Assembly (NCBI GenBank): GCA_963790995.1
Contig: CAWBQQ010000002.1
Coordinates: 94,547 to 158,546, forward strand
DNA length: 64,000 nt
Source of the DNA: an uncultured Bacteroidota bacterium
Lineage (GTDB): Bacteria > Bacteroidota > Ignavibacteria > Kryptoniales > JAKASW01
Direction of reading: 5' to 3'
Positions 1-10,359 of the stretch are shown here, piece after piece. The stretch's first letter is position 1, and every line of letters begins with the position of its first letter. Made by a program: the position numbers and the translations under genes. Under the pieces are notes generated by a model. It saw only the letters and a list, made by a program, of their open reading frames with translations. It was not told the DNA's origin and searched no databases.

Positions 1-937
1 TTCCTGCACTGCCCGCTGACAAAAGAATGCCTAACGCTTTCATGTCTGCGATGAACTTATTTACGTTTGAGAATAATTTGATTCCGAAAATAAGGATATT
101 CGTTTCGACATGATCAATGTTTATTTCGTAGAGAGGGGACTCAGACAAGACTTTTGCGAGTACCTTCGCCTTTTCATGATCTTCAGCGAGTCGTTTTACA
201 TTATGCTCCATGGCATACAAACCGGCGGCAGCAAGAACACCTGCCTGTCTCATACCGCCGCCGAAGATCTTTCGAAAACGACGCGCCCTGTCGATGTATT
301 CTTTCGTGCCGGCGAGGACCGATCCGACCGGAGCTCCCAGCCCTTTAGAAAGGCAAACCGAGACAGAATCAAAACGTTTTGCAAATTCCGAGACTTTAAT
401 TCCTGTCGCAACCGAGGCGTTCCATAATCTGGCGCCATCGAGATGATATTTCAGCTTGTGGCGAGAGGCAACGTCTTTGATTTCATCGATCACCTTTATC
501 GGGTAGATACTTCCGCCCCCGCGGTTGTGAGTGTTCTCCACGCAAATAAGCCTCGTCGGCATCATATAATAAAGGTCCGGCCTAATCGCTTCTTCAACCG
601 CAGCAGCCGTCATAACGCCTCTTACACCCGGGACGGGATTCAACTGAATTCCCGACAGCAAAGACGGTGCTGCGGTTTCATAATTAAAAATGTGTGACTC
701 GCGCTCGACGATTACTTCGTCTCCCGGATTTGTGTGAGTCTTCAGCGCAAGCTGGTTCGACATCGTTCCGCTTGGAACAAAGAGTGCGCTCTCCTTACCG
801 AGGAGCTCCGCAACTATTTCTTGCAAGCGATTTACTGTCGGATCTTCTCCGAACACATCATCCCCGACTTCCGCAGCCGCCATCGCCTTCCGCATTTCAT
901 CGTCCGGTTTCGTAACCGTGTCGCTTCTCAAATCAAT
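1..937 (-). CDS. ltaE: Low-specificity L-threonine aldolase (PLP-dependent), partial: C-terminus lies beyond the left window edge
   Basis: This ORF is not in the ORF track because it runs off the edge. My minus-strand translation reads [68 protein letters not shown]...[14 protein letters not shown]...[10 protein letters not shown]...[18 protein letters not shown]...[15 protein letters not shown], the typical threonine aldolase pattern. There is no in-frame ATG near the 5' end. ATT at 937 or TTG at 931 are the candidate starts, so the start is uncertain. Confidence 0.75.
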   Translation of the reverse strand, partial: MDLRSDTVTKPDDEMRKAMAAAEVGDDVFGEDPTVNRLQEIVAELLGKESALFVPSGTMSNQLALKTHTNPGDEVIVERESHIFNYETAAPSLLSGIQLNPVPGVRGVMTAAAVEEAIRPDLYYMMPTRLICVENTHNRGGGSIYPIKVIDEIKDVASRHKLKYHLDGARLWNASVATGIKVSEFAKRFDSVSVCLSKGLGAPVGSVLAGTKEYIDRARRFRKIFGGGMRQAGVLAAAGLYAMEHNVKRLAEDHEKAKVLAKVLSESPLYEINIDHVETNILIFGIKLFSNVNKFIADMKALGILLSAGSAG

Positions 938-957
938 GTAATTCGTAAAACATCTCC

Positions 958-2592
958 TTAGATTTTGCTTTTAAATTTAAGAAAAAGTCCGATAAGAATT
1001 ACTCCGGCGGAGACAATTTCTGCACCGTGAGCTATCCAATCTCCGCGTTCGGTATAAAACGTAATCTGACGATCAATAGGAATCTCCGCCTCAAGAGCTG
1101 CCCGTTCATCAAGCTTAGTTTGCTCACCTATGTATCTTCCGTAAGGATCGATAAACTCGGATATCCCCGTGTTCGCTGCTCGGACAACAGACCTTCGATT
1201 CTCCACGGCGCGGAAAACTGCATAAGCCGCATGCTGGTACGGTCCGGAAGATTCTCCGTACCATCCGTCGTTCGTGATAATCACCAAGAAATTCGCGCCC
1301 TTCTTGACGAATTCCCTGACGTAATTCGGAAAAATACTTTCGTAACAGATAACCGTAGAAAAGGTTACGCCGTTTTTAGGATTGAACACCGTCGTATCCT
1401 CGCCACGGGCCCAGTTGCTGATGCCGACTCCCCATTTGAGAGGTTTAATCAGAAACGGCAGCGCATCAGCGTAAGGAATTCGTTCACCGAACGGTACTAG
1501 AATAATCTTTCCGTAGGTCTGGTTGGGCGGTGTTTCGCTTGCGGAATTCAGGCGGGGCGTGAACAGTGCAGCGCCGTTGTAGGCATCATAATATTTGTGA
1601 ACGAATTCATCGTAGTGGCTGCTCGGCTTTGCGTCGTCGGGATTCGAATAATAGATTGCAAGAGGAACGCCGCTTAGGAGCGAAACGCCGGTGCTGTCCA
1701 AAAATGACTGAAGCTCGTATTTGAAATAAGAATTCTGCGGAAGAAGGATGTAAAATGGAATCGCCGTCTCAGGCCAAACAACAAGTTCCGGCTTCTTGTT
1801 TATTAATTGATAAGTCTCATTTTCATATTCGCGCAAAATCTCAGCCGGGCCCTCCGACCATTTTGCATACGGATCAATGTCCGGCTGCACAAGCGCGACT
1901 TCGATACTTTCTGAGTACCTCAAATGTTTCGCCGCTTCCAATATACTCAGTCCATAAATTTCAGGAACCGCGATCAGGAGCAAAGCCAGCGATAATGAAA
2001 CTGCGATCCGTAATCCTTTTCCATTTCGGTGTTCCATCCATGATGTCAAGGCATAATAGGCAAGAGAATTCACCAGCAGAATTTGAAACGACAAGCCGAA
2101 AAGGCCGGTATAAGTTGCAAACTGAATATCCGCCAGGTCAAACGATTGGGAATAGCCTACGGTGAGCCACGGGAATGCAACTTCGGTTATTGAATGCAAA
2201 TGTTCAAAGGAAAGATATAGAAACGGGAAGAGAAAGACAGACATTTTTCCGAAGCGTTTATGAATAAAGTGGTACACCAGAAACGGAATAGTGAAGAAAA
2301 GCGGGTGCCCCAATACAAGTGCTGCTCCGCCGATCATGAGAAACGGGTCCGCCTCCTTCGTCCAGCCGCCGACCCAATAGATGGCGACGATATTAAAGGC
2401 AAGAAATGCGAAATAGGATAGCTTGAACACTTCCCTGTAATTTTCGGTGGTGTCCATAACGAAAAGCAGCGGCACAAATCCCGCAAATGCCAGCCAGCCG
2501 AAGTGAAACGGCGGAAACGAAAATCCCAGGAGAAGACCCGAGAATACACAGAGGCCAACCTCTGAACTGAAGAACTTTTTCGCTATTGCCAT
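958..2592 (-). CDS. lnt: Apolipoprotein N-acyltransferase
   Basis: This is a 544-aa ORF. It has a multi-TM N-terminal half and a C-terminal CN-hydrolase domain ([41 protein letters not shown]), which is the Lnt architecture. Confidence 0.85.
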   Translation of the reverse strand: MAIAKKFFSSEVGLCVFSGLLLGFSFPPFHFGWLAFAGFVPLLFVMDTTENYREVFKLSYFAFLAFNIVAIYWVGGWTKEADPFLMIGGAALVLGHPLFFTIPFLVYHFIHKRFGKMSVFLFPFLYLSFEHLHSITEVAFPWLTVGYSQSFDLADIQFATYTGLFGLSFQILLVNSLAYYALTSWMEHRNGKGLRIAVSLSLALLLIAVPEIYGLSILEAAKHLRYSESIEVALVQPDIDPYAKWSEGPAEILREYENETYQLINKKPELVVWPETAIPFYILLPQNSYFKYELQSFLDSTGVSLLSGVPLAIYYSNPDDAKPSSHYDEFVHKYYDAYNGAALFTPRLNSASETPPNQTYGKIILVPFGERIPYADALPFLIKPLKWGVGISNWARGEDTTVFNPKNGVTFSTVICYESIFPNYVREFVKKGANFLVIITNDGWYGESSGPYQHAAYAVFRAVENRRSVVRAANTGISEFIDPYGRYIGEQTKLDERAALEAEIPIDRQITFYTERGDWIAHGAEIVSAGVILIGLFLKFKSKI

Positions 2593-2598
2593 CTCAGA

Positions 2599-3846
2599 CT
2601 ATCGATAGATGTGAATCGGGTTTGACAATATCCATGGGTAGGAGCGTTTCATAAATAGCGGCAGCATGACACGCTTCTGGAAAGCCTGGACTCTGTATTC
2701 ACCAGGATGAAGCACAGGAAGATCTATCGAACCTGCATTCTCGTAAGACGCGATTACTTGGCCGTTCCACACGATTTGCGTCTCGACACCGTCGCTGTCG
2801 GGCATCACAATATGAAGTATTGCAGACCTTTCGGCTTTCAAGCTGTCGCCCATGACCACCTCGTTTGTATCCGCTGTTGCCGTGAACAAAAAGCCTCTCG
2901 CATTCTCAAGCCCGCAAAATGAGACGAACATGTTCCCCTTTCGAATGGAATTCAAGAGTAGCTCTCTATCGTGATGGTACAATCCGTTGAACTGCTCCCT
3001 GGTCACGATGACCGTATGAACCAGATCGAATAAGCTTTGGTACGATGGAAAGTGCCAGTAGGAATTCTTTCTAAGCTTGATATTGGAGTATGCGCCCAAA
3101 GATCCTATACCGACAACCTTGCGGCTCATATTCATATCGTCAAAGGCTCTCATCTCCTTTCCGGGATATTCGAGTAAATAATTTAGAGCTTCCCCTTGAA
3201 AGCCGTAAACGATGCATGCAGCTATCATTTTATTTATTCCGAAAAAGTTTAGTGAGCTTCGCAAGCCCTCGTCAAAGTTGTACAATTCGATCCCCGTAAA
3301 CTCGCCGGCGTCCGAGTTGTCCCGATCAGGCCCATTAAATGAGTGGATAGCGTTCTCCAGCATGACCATGCTTCCCTGCTTAAGTGCACCATGTAGCACA
3401 GAATCTGAAGTTATTCCACTGCGCGGCAGATGCGGAATGCTATCACCGATTAAAAGAAAGTGCCCGTTCTCACCGTCAGCGGAGATCTCAACTGCAGGTA
3501 CAATTAAGCTCATGCCGAAACGCCTGGCCAGACTGTCCTTCATCGGTTGGACTGAGTTGCGGTCGCTTATAATCGCAAAGTGAATCCCGAGTGAATCGCA
3601 CATTTCTCCGATTTGCCGATATGTGCCGCTTCCATTCGAGAATCGCGTGTGAATATTGATAACACCGGAGTACTCATGATATTTTCCGAAATCCACGCCG
3701 GCATCGCGATCGACTCGATATGTAAGAAGATCGTTTGCAATCGAGAGAATAATGGTTGCGGCAATTACTGCACCGATGATTTTCAAGATTCTTTTAAACA
3801 CGCCTGCGCCGGTAGAAATATATCGCGATGAAATATGCCGCAGCAA
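2599..3846 (-). CDS. PHP-domain-like (CehA/McbA-type) metal-dependent phosphoesterase with an N-terminal TM anchor
   Basis: This is a 415-aa ORF. It contains the motif INIHTRFSNGSGTYRQIGEMCDSLGIHFAIISDRNS, which resembles the PHP His/Asp motifs. An alternative in-frame GTG start at 3801 would remove the 53-nt overlap with the upstream DedA gene. Confidence 0.5.
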   Translation of the reverse strand: MLRHISSRYISTGAGVFKRILKIIGAVIAATIILSIANDLLTYRVDRDAGVDFGKYHEYSGVINIHTRFSNGSGTYRQIGEMCDSLGIHFAIISDRNSVQPMKDSLARRFGMSLIVPAVEISADGENGHFLLIGDSIPHLPRSGITSDSVLHGALKQGSMVMLENAIHSFNGPDRDNSDAGEFTGIELYNFDEGLRSSLNFFGINKMIAACIVYGFQGEALNYLLEYPGKEMRAFDDMNMSRKVVGIGSLGAYSNIKLRKNSYWHFPSYQSLFDLVHTVIVTREQFNGLYHHDRELLLNSIRKGNMFVSFCGLENARGFLFTATADTNEVVMGDSLKAERSAILHIVMPDSDGVETQIVWNGQVIASYENAGSIDLPVLHPGEYRVQAFQKRVMLPLFMKRSYPWILSNPIHIYR

Positions 3847-4405
3847 GACCTACAGATGCAACAATGATGGTACCGTAAATGCTGAGGTAATATTCTATCT
3901 GTCGCCAATTGTGGCCGAGCTGAGATCCCGCAAGAACCAACAGTGTGTTCCAAAGCAAGGCGCTAGCGGCACAGAGCGGCAGCGTGATTGCAATCGGCAG
4001 CTCAGAAAGCCCAACAACAAAAGAAATTATCGCTCTCGTTCCTGACAGGAACCGATTTCCGATCACTATCCAATATCCGTATTTTGTAAACCATCCTTCA
4101 ACAACTTTTACCTTGTCAAGAGGAAGAAATTTGAGCTTTCCCGAATCAATTATTCCTCTGCCCAAAAAGAACCCAAGATAATACATGGAAACGAAGCCGG
4201 CAGTGCTTCCGAGGGTTGCAAACAAAATGGCCGCGAACATGTTGAGTTTTCCGAAACCTACAAGCGTACCTCCGAATGCTATGACCAAGTCGCTCGGAGA
4301 AGGTGGGAAAAGATTTTCTAAGAAAGCGAAAAAGAACAACGTGAAATAAAGATAACCTGGAGCAGCGTGTTGCAGTGCACCGATAATGGTGTCAATTTCA
4401 GTCAC
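3794..4405 (-). CDS. DedA/VTT-domain family membrane protein
   Basis: The sequence YLYFTLFFFAFLENLFPPSPSDLVIAFGG plus multiple TM segments are typical of DedA. The ORF track extends to 4465. I prefer the in-frame GTG at 4405, which forms a GTGA overlap with the ispF stop codon. Confidence 0.7.
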   Translation of the reverse strand: MTEIDTIIGALQHAAPGYLYFTLFFFAFLENLFPPSPSDLVIAFGGTLVGFGKLNMFAAILFATLGSTAGFVSMYYLGFFLGRGIIDSGKLKFLPLDKVKVVEGWFTKYGYWIVIGNRFLSGTRAIISFVVGLSELPIAITLPLCAASALLWNTLLVLAGSQLGHNWRQIEYYLSIYGTIIVASVGLAAAYFIAIYFYRRRRV

Positions 4406-4899
4406 GGGATCTCTCCTGCATGGTCGGCCTGCGGGATCTCCGACATAAGAACCACAACGAAACATGCGATAGCATTTTTATTTACAAGCGTTCCCTCAGT
4501 TGTCTTCGATTTAACAGACACGTCATCCGGCGGCACGCCGCAAGTTTTTGCAATCGATTGTCGAATGTTTTCGTACATCGCATTAAGCTTCGGACGGTCA
4601 GCTACCAGAACCATGTCGATGTTGACTATTTTCATGTTTGAGTCTGCTGCACTTTCCAGTGCGAACCTCAAAATCTGGTCGCTGTCTATTCCTTTGATCG
4701 TCTTATCGTCATCGCGGAAATACATTCCGATGTCTCCCCTGGCACATGCACCGAGGATCGCATCGCTCAAAGCATGAAGAACAACGTCACCGTCTGAATG
4801 CCCCTGAAGTCCCATCGGAAAATCTATTAGCAGGCCGCCTAACTTGAGCGGCTTATTCGCTGTCAATTCATGCGCGTCAAACCCGAATCCGATTTTCAT
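4402..4899 (-). CDS. ispF: 2-C-methyl-D-erythritol 2,4-cyclodiphosphate synthase
   Basis: The 165-aa product contains [12 protein letters not shown]...[19 protein letters not shown]...DIG, the IspF signature. Its start overlaps the stop of the upstream gene in an ATGA. Confidence 0.9.
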   Translation of the reverse strand: MKIGFGFDAHELTANKPLKLGGLLIDFPMGLQGHSDGDVVLHALSDAILGACARGDIGMYFRDDDKTIKGIDSDQILRFALESAADSNMKIVNIDMVLVADRPKLNAMYENIRQSIAKTCGVPPDDVSVKSKTTEGTLVNKNAIACFVVVLMSEIPQADHAGEIP

Positions 4900-5183
4900 A
4901 GAGCTTGAAACCCGTCAAACTCAAATGTCGGTTTCTCCCATTCGATCCGCAAATCGGAGACATGAGCAGAAATAGGACCGCGTCGTAATTCTTTTATGAG
5001 TTCTTCGACCAAACCTTCTTCACCTTCCGCTACTACTTCCACTCCGCCGTCAATGAGATTCTTAACAAAGCCTTTAAGACCGTAAGTGCCGGCCTTTCGA
5101 ATTGCAAAGAAGCGATAACCTACGCCTTGTACGAGACCACTGACGAATATATGTGCCCTAACATCAGCCATTTTGCTGCTCAA
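4896..5183 (-). CDS. acyP: Acylphosphatase
   Basis: The 95-aa product contains the [13 protein letters not shown] motif and has the typical acylphosphatase size. Confidence 0.85.
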   Translation of the reverse strand: MSSKMADVRAHIFVSGLVQGVGYRFFAIRKAGTYGLKGFVKNLIDGGVEVVAEGEEGLVEELIKELRRGPISAHVSDLRIEWEKPTFEFDGFQAL

Positions 5184-5213
5184 ACCGCATATCTTGAAAT
5201 ATCATTGTACGTT

Positions 5214-6632
5214 TCATCCGATGTTGTGTGATTCCGGTTCTTGATGGATAACAACTTTAGAAATCATCGGAAGCTTCTTAATGATGGCTTCTTCGAGTTC
5301 ATTTACCATCTTAACCGTATTTTCTAACGAAAGAGTTTCATCAAACTGGCACACCATCGCGACTCGAAGTCCCGACTCACTTTCCGCAAAATTCAAGTCG
5401 CTGCATCCGACGACGCCCTCATGAGATCTTACGAATTTCAAAAGTTTCACGGGGAGTTCGTTATAACGGAAATTCGGCAGCGTAGCATCTATCAGCTTTG
5501 CCGAAGATTTGTCAATGTGCACGAAAATATGATCGACATTTCTCACCTGATCACGAATGGCATGTTCGAGCGCATCGGCTTTCTTGTGTGCAGTTTCGAT
5601 GGTATCTGTGTCCTCCACTTCCAGATGCAGATCAATCTCAAATCCTGTCTTCGTGGAGAACACTTCCAGCTCGTGAATTTTTCCTTCCACCTTTTCTGCG
5701 GCAAATCGAACCTTATCTATCACAGTTTCCCTGACCGTCTCCACGGGCTCAGCATGTACCACTACGTCGATCTCGTCTCTGACGGCACGCACCCGCTTTT
5801 CGATTTCATCTACGAGTGAGTGCGCTAGCTCAAATGGTAATAGCCGCGGAAGCTCGACTACCATGTCAACAAATATTTTCCCACCGGAGTCTCTCACGCG
5901 CAAACTCTTCAACTCTTCGACTCCCTTAGTCCCGAGCGCAGCCTCGCGGATACTTGCGACCAATTTACGATTCGGGCTCCTGTCAACGAGAACATCGATT
6001 GCTCGCTTTCCAAGCCTGATGCTGATAAGCATTACAATTATCGAAACTCCTAAAGCCGCGAAGGAGTCCGCAAATCTAAATCCCATTTTGGCACCCAACA
6101 AGCCGAATATCACTATGCTTGAGCTGAGAACGTCCATCGAGAAATGGAGTGCATCGGCTTCCAATGCCTGGCTGTGAAATTTCTTTGCTGTCCTCGAAAG
6201 CATCCGTGATCTCGACAGGTCAACTGCGATTGAAGTAAGCATTACGGCAAAACTCCAAAAGGTAATTTCAACTGCAACCTTCTTGAACAGCAGTCGCACA
6301 AAAGCTTCCCTTCCGATAAGGACGCAAGTCAACAAGAGAAGTAGCGTCTCGAAAAGGGCCGAAATATTCTCAAACTTTCCGTGTCCGTAAGGATGTTCGG
6401 TATCGGCAGGTTTGTCGGCAGCCCTGACCGCAAAGAGTGTCGTGATAGCTGCAATCAAATCGAGTGCGGAATGGGCTGCCTCGCTCAGAATCCCAAGACT
6501 GCCTGTAGCAATTCCGACTACAAGTTTAAAAGTGGTGAGAAAAAAGGCGGCGATTGCAGACGTAATCGCCGCTCCGATTTTTTTGCGAGATGAATTCTTC
6601 GTCAATCGGCGTTTCAATCTGCGCACCGGCAT
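5214..6632 (-). CDS. Cation diffusion facilitator (CDF) family transporter with an extended C-terminal cytoplasmic region
   Basis: This is a 472-aa ORF. The sequences SEAAHSALDLIAAITTLFAVRAADKPADTEHPYGHGKFEN and HFSMDVLSS are CDF TM2/TM5 motifs. About 170 extra C-terminal residues follow them. Confidence 0.8.
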   Translation of the reverse strand: MPVRRLKRRLTKNSSRKKIGAAITSAIAAFFLTTFKLVVGIATGSLGILSEAAHSALDLIAAITTLFAVRAADKPADTEHPYGHGKFENISALFETLLLLLTCVLIGREAFVRLLFKKVAVEITFWSFAVMLTSIAVDLSRSRMLSRTAKKFHSQALEADALHFSMDVLSSSIVIFGLLGAKMGFRFADSFAALGVSIIVMLISIRLGKRAIDVLVDRSPNRKLVASIREAALGTKGVEELKSLRVRDSGGKIFVDMVVELPRLLPFELAHSLVDEIEKRVRAVRDEIDVVVHAEPVETVRETVIDKVRFAAEKVEGKIHELEVFSTKTGFEIDLHLEVEDTDTIETAHKKADALEHAIRDQVRNVDHIFVHIDKSSAKLIDATLPNFRYNELPVKLLKFVRSHEGVVGCSDLNFAESESGLRVAMVCQFDETLSLENTVKMVNELEEAIIKKLPMISKVVIHQEPESHNIG

Positions 6633-6648
6633 CGGTACGACATCGTGA

Positions 6649-7998
6649 TTAGACCTTCACGTATTTGGTTACGGTGTCCTTCGTATCCTTGGTGTTAAGT
6701 TTCAAAAACAGAAACTCGAATCTTTTTTCGAGCTCCGTATTTGCTTTCGCGAACCAATCTTTTCCAAGATTCCACATCTGCTGCTTGAAAGGTCCGAAAG
6801 CCTTCTTTCGCGTCTTGTAGATGAATTGCTCGTCGGTCATGTCGGGTTTCTTTTCGTCCGCACAATTTTTCCTCAGATAGTCATAGATCGTTTCCTTAAA
6901 ATCTTTTGGAAAAATATCGAAAAGCAAATTCTGGAAGCCGGTCGCAAGATGAATCTCAGCGGTTCCCACCCCGGGGAATTTATGGAAGAGTTCTTCGGGC
7001 AAAGTCGATGCCCCGTGCTGAACCGCTCCTGCCATGCCGTATTCCTGTCTCGCAATTTTTGAAATCGACTCGAGAACATTAAAGTCGATCTTGACTTGTG
7101 CGACGGTGCCGTCCGGCAGCGGAACACCGCCATGGCTCGATCCCGTCTGGACGCTGATTTTGCTGATCGGCGTCAGCCCATGTTTCTTCGAATTCAGCGT
7201 CTTGACATAACCTTGCATGTAGGCACGAAATTCTTCCGGAGTGGAATTCTTACCGCCCACTTCGCCTATCTCACCGCCGACAGAAACCGTTACTCCTTTC
7301 GGCTCGACTTCACGAATGAGTGCCGTCATTTCAGCCGCAAGTTCGTAGTTATTCCGCTGCTGCTCCTCCGTTGTTGTCTTGCTGAGATCGACAAGCGTGG
7401 AAGAATCGATATCTATGTTGTAAAACTCGGCGGCGACCGCCTCTTTTATAAGCGACTTTATAGATTCAATCTCCTTCTGCGGGTCTTGCGCGAATTTCTT
7501 CGCGTTGAACTGAAAATGGTCGCCCTGTATGAATACGGGCCCGGAATAGTTCTCTTTAACCGCTGCCGCGAGAACGCAGGCAGAGTACTCGGCCGGACGC
7601 TGGTCGGTATAACCCATCTCCGATTTCGCAATCTCGAACACGAATGGACCGATGTTATTCTTCTTCGCCACTCTGAACATTGCGCGCGCAAAGTCATACG
7701 TAATTCCCCGGATGTTCACTGCAGGAACTGTAAATCCGGAGACCTCGCCCCGTCCGTATGCCGAATAAAGCCCCTGTATCGAGGCGGAACCCGAACGCAG
7801 GTTCTTTGTAAGTTCATGGATCATCCATCTTATTTTTGTTTTCACTTCTTCACTTGGATTGAAGACCGACTCGTAAACGAGTGTATCTATTACCGAGCTT
7901 CGAAGTTTTTCGGCGTTGGAAACCTTCAGCTTTTGCCAGCCGTCAACTTCGACAACACCCTGTAAATTGTTTTTAAGTTCATCAACGTTCTTAATCAT
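6649..7998 (-). CDS. fba: Class II fructose/ketose-bisphosphate aldolase (long form)
   Basis: This is a 449-aa ORF with the motifs FEIAKSE, VFIQGDHFQ, GGEIGEVGG, SVQTGSSHGG and AVQHGASTLP, which are typical of the class II aldolase family. Confidence 0.8.
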   Translation of the reverse strand: MIKNVDELKNNLQGVVEVDGWQKLKVSNAEKLRSSVIDTLVYESVFNPSEEVKTKIRWMIHELTKNLRSGSASIQGLYSAYGRGEVSGFTVPAVNIRGITYDFARAMFRVAKKNNIGPFVFEIAKSEMGYTDQRPAEYSACVLAAAVKENYSGPVFIQGDHFQFNAKKFAQDPQKEIESIKSLIKEAVAAEFYNIDIDSSTLVDLSKTTTEEQQRNNYELAAEMTALIREVEPKGVTVSVGGEIGEVGGKNSTPEEFRAYMQGYVKTLNSKKHGLTPISKISVQTGSSHGGVPLPDGTVAQVKIDFNVLESISKIARQEYGMAGAVQHGASTLPEELFHKFPGVGTAEIHLATGFQNLLFDIFPKDFKETIYDYLRKNCADEKKPDMTDEQFIYKTRKKAFGPFKQQMWNLGKDWFAKANTELEKRFEFLFLKLNTKDTKDTVTKYVKV

Positions 7999-8086
7999 TT
8001 AACCTCCGAAATATTTTCATTACAAAGTTATTAAACAGTTGCTTCCATTACAAGAAACTCATAAAGCAAACTTCATCTTCAATCTT

Positions 8087-9577
8087 TTAGCTGACTTTAC
8101 GCATTCGTGCCGCAAAAGATCCGTCCATATCGTGTCTGTGCGGGAAGATTTCAACGAAACCTTCGCGTCCCACTAATGCTTTGTTCACGAATAAATCTGC
8201 CGGCTCCACAACAAATCCGGGGTGATTGGCCAAAAAATTATGGACGACCTCCTGGTTCTCTTGTGCTTCGATCGTACAGGTGCTGTAAACAATTACGCCG
8301 TTCGGCTTCAAAAGATTTGACATGTTTTCAAGAAGCGCTGTTTGGATTTCGTTGAGGCTTCTAATGTCCTCAGGCTCGCGTTTCCATTTCGAGTCGGGCT
8401 TCTTCCTGATAGCTCCGAACCCCGTGCAGGGTGCATCAACCAATATCCTGTCAAAAAGGACCGGGTCGGAATAATTCGTGCCGTTCCCCACGACAACCTT
8501 AGCACGAGTGTACCCCAACCTGTCGAGAGCGTTCTGGATGAGACAAACACGATGCTCGTATTTTTCGACTGCCGTAATGTCCACATCCCCGCCGGTCAGC
8601 TCAAGGATATGAGTTGTTTTTCCGCCGGGGGCGGCACAGATATCCAATATTCTCTCCCCGCGCATCGGATCGAGAAGGATGGAGACTATTCCCGCGCCTT
8701 CGTCCTGGACCGTAAACTGCCCGGCTTTGAACGATTCAATGCCGCCTATCCTCGATAGACCTTCGACATAGAGGAAGTTTGGGATAAATTTGCCGCACGT
8801 GACCACTATACCATGATACCTGAATTGGGCAGCGAGTTCATCCGTCGGAATCCTGCCCGTATTCACACGCACCGAAAGCCGCGGGCGATCATTGAGTGAG
8901 ACAAGCAGCTGTTCCGTTTCAAAGATTCCGAACCTGTCGATAAACCTACGCACAAGCCACGCCGGAAAGGAATGAATGACGGAGAGAGCTTTGACTGCAT
9001 CCTCGCCTACGGCAGGAAATTCGATTAAATTGGCTTTCCGAATTACCGTCCTGAGAATCGCGTTGACAATATTCGCGGAAGCCTGGCCTCGCAGTTTCTT
9101 GACGAATTTGACAGCCTCGTTGACAGCAGCCGATTGCGGTATGCCTTGAAGGAACATTAGCTGGTACACCGCGAGTCGAATGGCATTTTTGATATTGATG
9201 TCAAGCTTGAAATAATCGCCTTTATAAAACTGCGTTATGACGTAATCAAGCTTGAGCTTCCAGCGAACAGTTCCGTTAACCAATTCGGTAATGAATGCTC
9301 TGTCTAACTTGTTCAACTCGGGATTCCTCAATTCAAAGTCTAGAATCTTGTCAAGGTAGGAATCTGTCCGGTCAATTCTGTTGAGGGCTTTGACAGCAAC
9401 TTCACGAGCGGTTTCGTACAATACGACGTCACCATCACTCCTTGAGTCGTTATTGTAGTCCTTAAATTTTGCCATCGCTGCATTCCCCTGATTTTCCTTC
9501 TTTTCATCTCTCGCCAGAGCACCTGCATACCCTGCGGCTAGTTCATGCTCCGGCAACATCTGTTCAACTTGACCCAA
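8087..9577 (-). CDS. rsmB: 16S rRNA (cytosine-C5)-methyltransferase RsmB/Sun (NusB-like N-domain plus SAM methyltransferase)
   Basis: The sequences ILDICAAPGGKTTHI, DRILVDAPCTGFGAIRKKPD and VYSTCT are the RsmB/NOL1/NOP2 motifs. The start is uncertain; an alternative ATG at 9475 gives MAKFKDY. Confidence 0.85.
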   Translation of the reverse strand: MGQVEQMLPEHELAAGYAGALARDEKKENQGNAAMAKFKDYNNDSRSDGDVVLYETAREVAVKALNRIDRTDSYLDKILDFELRNPELNKLDRAFITELVNGTVRWKLKLDYVITQFYKGDYFKLDINIKNAIRLAVYQLMFLQGIPQSAAVNEAVKFVKKLRGQASANIVNAILRTVIRKANLIEFPAVGEDAVKALSVIHSFPAWLVRRFIDRFGIFETEQLLVSLNDRPRLSVRVNTGRIPTDELAAQFRYHGIVVTCGKFIPNFLYVEGLSRIGGIESFKAGQFTVQDEGAGIVSILLDPMRGERILDICAAPGGKTTHILELTGGDVDITAVEKYEHRVCLIQNALDRLGYTRAKVVVGNGTNYSDPVLFDRILVDAPCTGFGAIRKKPDSKWKREPEDIRSLNEIQTALLENMSNLLKPNGVIVYSTCTIEAQENQEVVHNFLANHPGFVVEPADLFVNKALVGREGFVEIFPHRHDMDGSFAARMRKVS

Positions 9578-9697
9578 TTATCATGTCATTTAAGTTTCAG
9601 CAATTAATGTGTAAGCTTTTATCTGATTCTTTCCCGAGTTTGTTGCGCTATATTTGAAAACACTTAAGAAGGCGACGTGAAAAATTGGGAACGAGAA

Positions 9698-9919
9698 TTA
9701 CGCTTCAACCTTTGCTTTCTGTCCATACTTTTTCATGAATTTCTCGACGCGACCTGCCGAGTCGAGAAGTTTTTGTTTTCCCGTAAAGAACGGATGACAG
9801 TTCGAGCAAATTTCAATTTTTAAAAATTGTCCGGGGTCTGTTGAACGAGTTTTGAACGTATTGCCACAAACGCAGGTTACAGTCACTGTATGATATTTGG
9901 GATGAATTCCGCTTCTCAT
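9698..9919 (-). CDS. rpmE: 50S ribosomal protein L31
   Basis: The product [27 protein letters not shown]...[13 protein letters not shown] is a canonical L31 with the CxxC zinc motifs. The ORF-track extension to 10009 adds 30 non-homologous residues. Confidence 0.9.
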   Translation of the reverse strand: MRSGIHPKYHTVTVTCVCGNTFKTRSTDPGQFLKIEICSNCHPFFTGKQKLLDSAGRVEKFMKKYGQKAKVEA

Positions 9920-10359
9920 GTCTTTCTCCAATTTGTAAATTAATGTAAGCAAAATATGCTCGAGTTTCAAGCCGTGAAAGCATTCCTGATCGATTGCGGC
10001 TAATGCCATGATTTGATTTTCGTTTCATAATAAAAAAATATAAACCGCAAAGTGCCGCCTTGCAGCATCCCCCCATTCTATATATTATCGATGATGAGCG
10101 GGAAACGCCACGATGCGCAAAGATTATTATTATTGAAAGAATACTTGGCGAGTCTTTGCGGTCTTGGCGGTTAAGAAAACCCTTTTGGGGTATCGCAGAA
10201 AGTTGAAATTGGGACTCTACCCAATTCCGAAATGGCTCGCCCATCCGGTTATGAGCGCCGCAATTCTGCTGACGCGTAATGATCCGCGAGCTGTTGCCAT
10301 GGGCCGTCAAGGTTCATGGAGTGGCTCCGGCGCCGATCAACGGAGCCGCGATTACTTGC

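Noticed and set aside
7096-7965. Long ORFs lie antisense or out of frame within confidently assigned genes. Examples are 7096-7965 (+) in the aldolase, 10316-11092 (+) in the MFS gene, 17537-18391 (+) in polB, 30964-31659 (-) and 31855-32265 (+) in the permease, and 37042-37557 (-) in the deacetylase.
   Set aside because: Each overlaps a gene with clear family motifs on the other strand or frame. Their translations are Arg/Pro/Ser-rich without motifs, which is typical of shadow ORFs in moderately GC-rich coding DNA.
9920-10359. A 440-nt gap between the MFS gene and rpmE contains several local hairpins (for example AATTGGG-ACTCTA-CCCAATT and GGCTCCG-N11-CGGAGCC), raising the possibility of an ncRNA such as SRP, 6S, tmRNA or RNase P.
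   Set aside because: I compared both strands by eye with the conserved cores of 4.5S/SRP RNA, tmRNA and RNase P RNA and found no match. Without a covariance-model scan I cannot support any RNA gene. The overlapping ORFs 9813-10310 and 10164-10439 have no coding signature.
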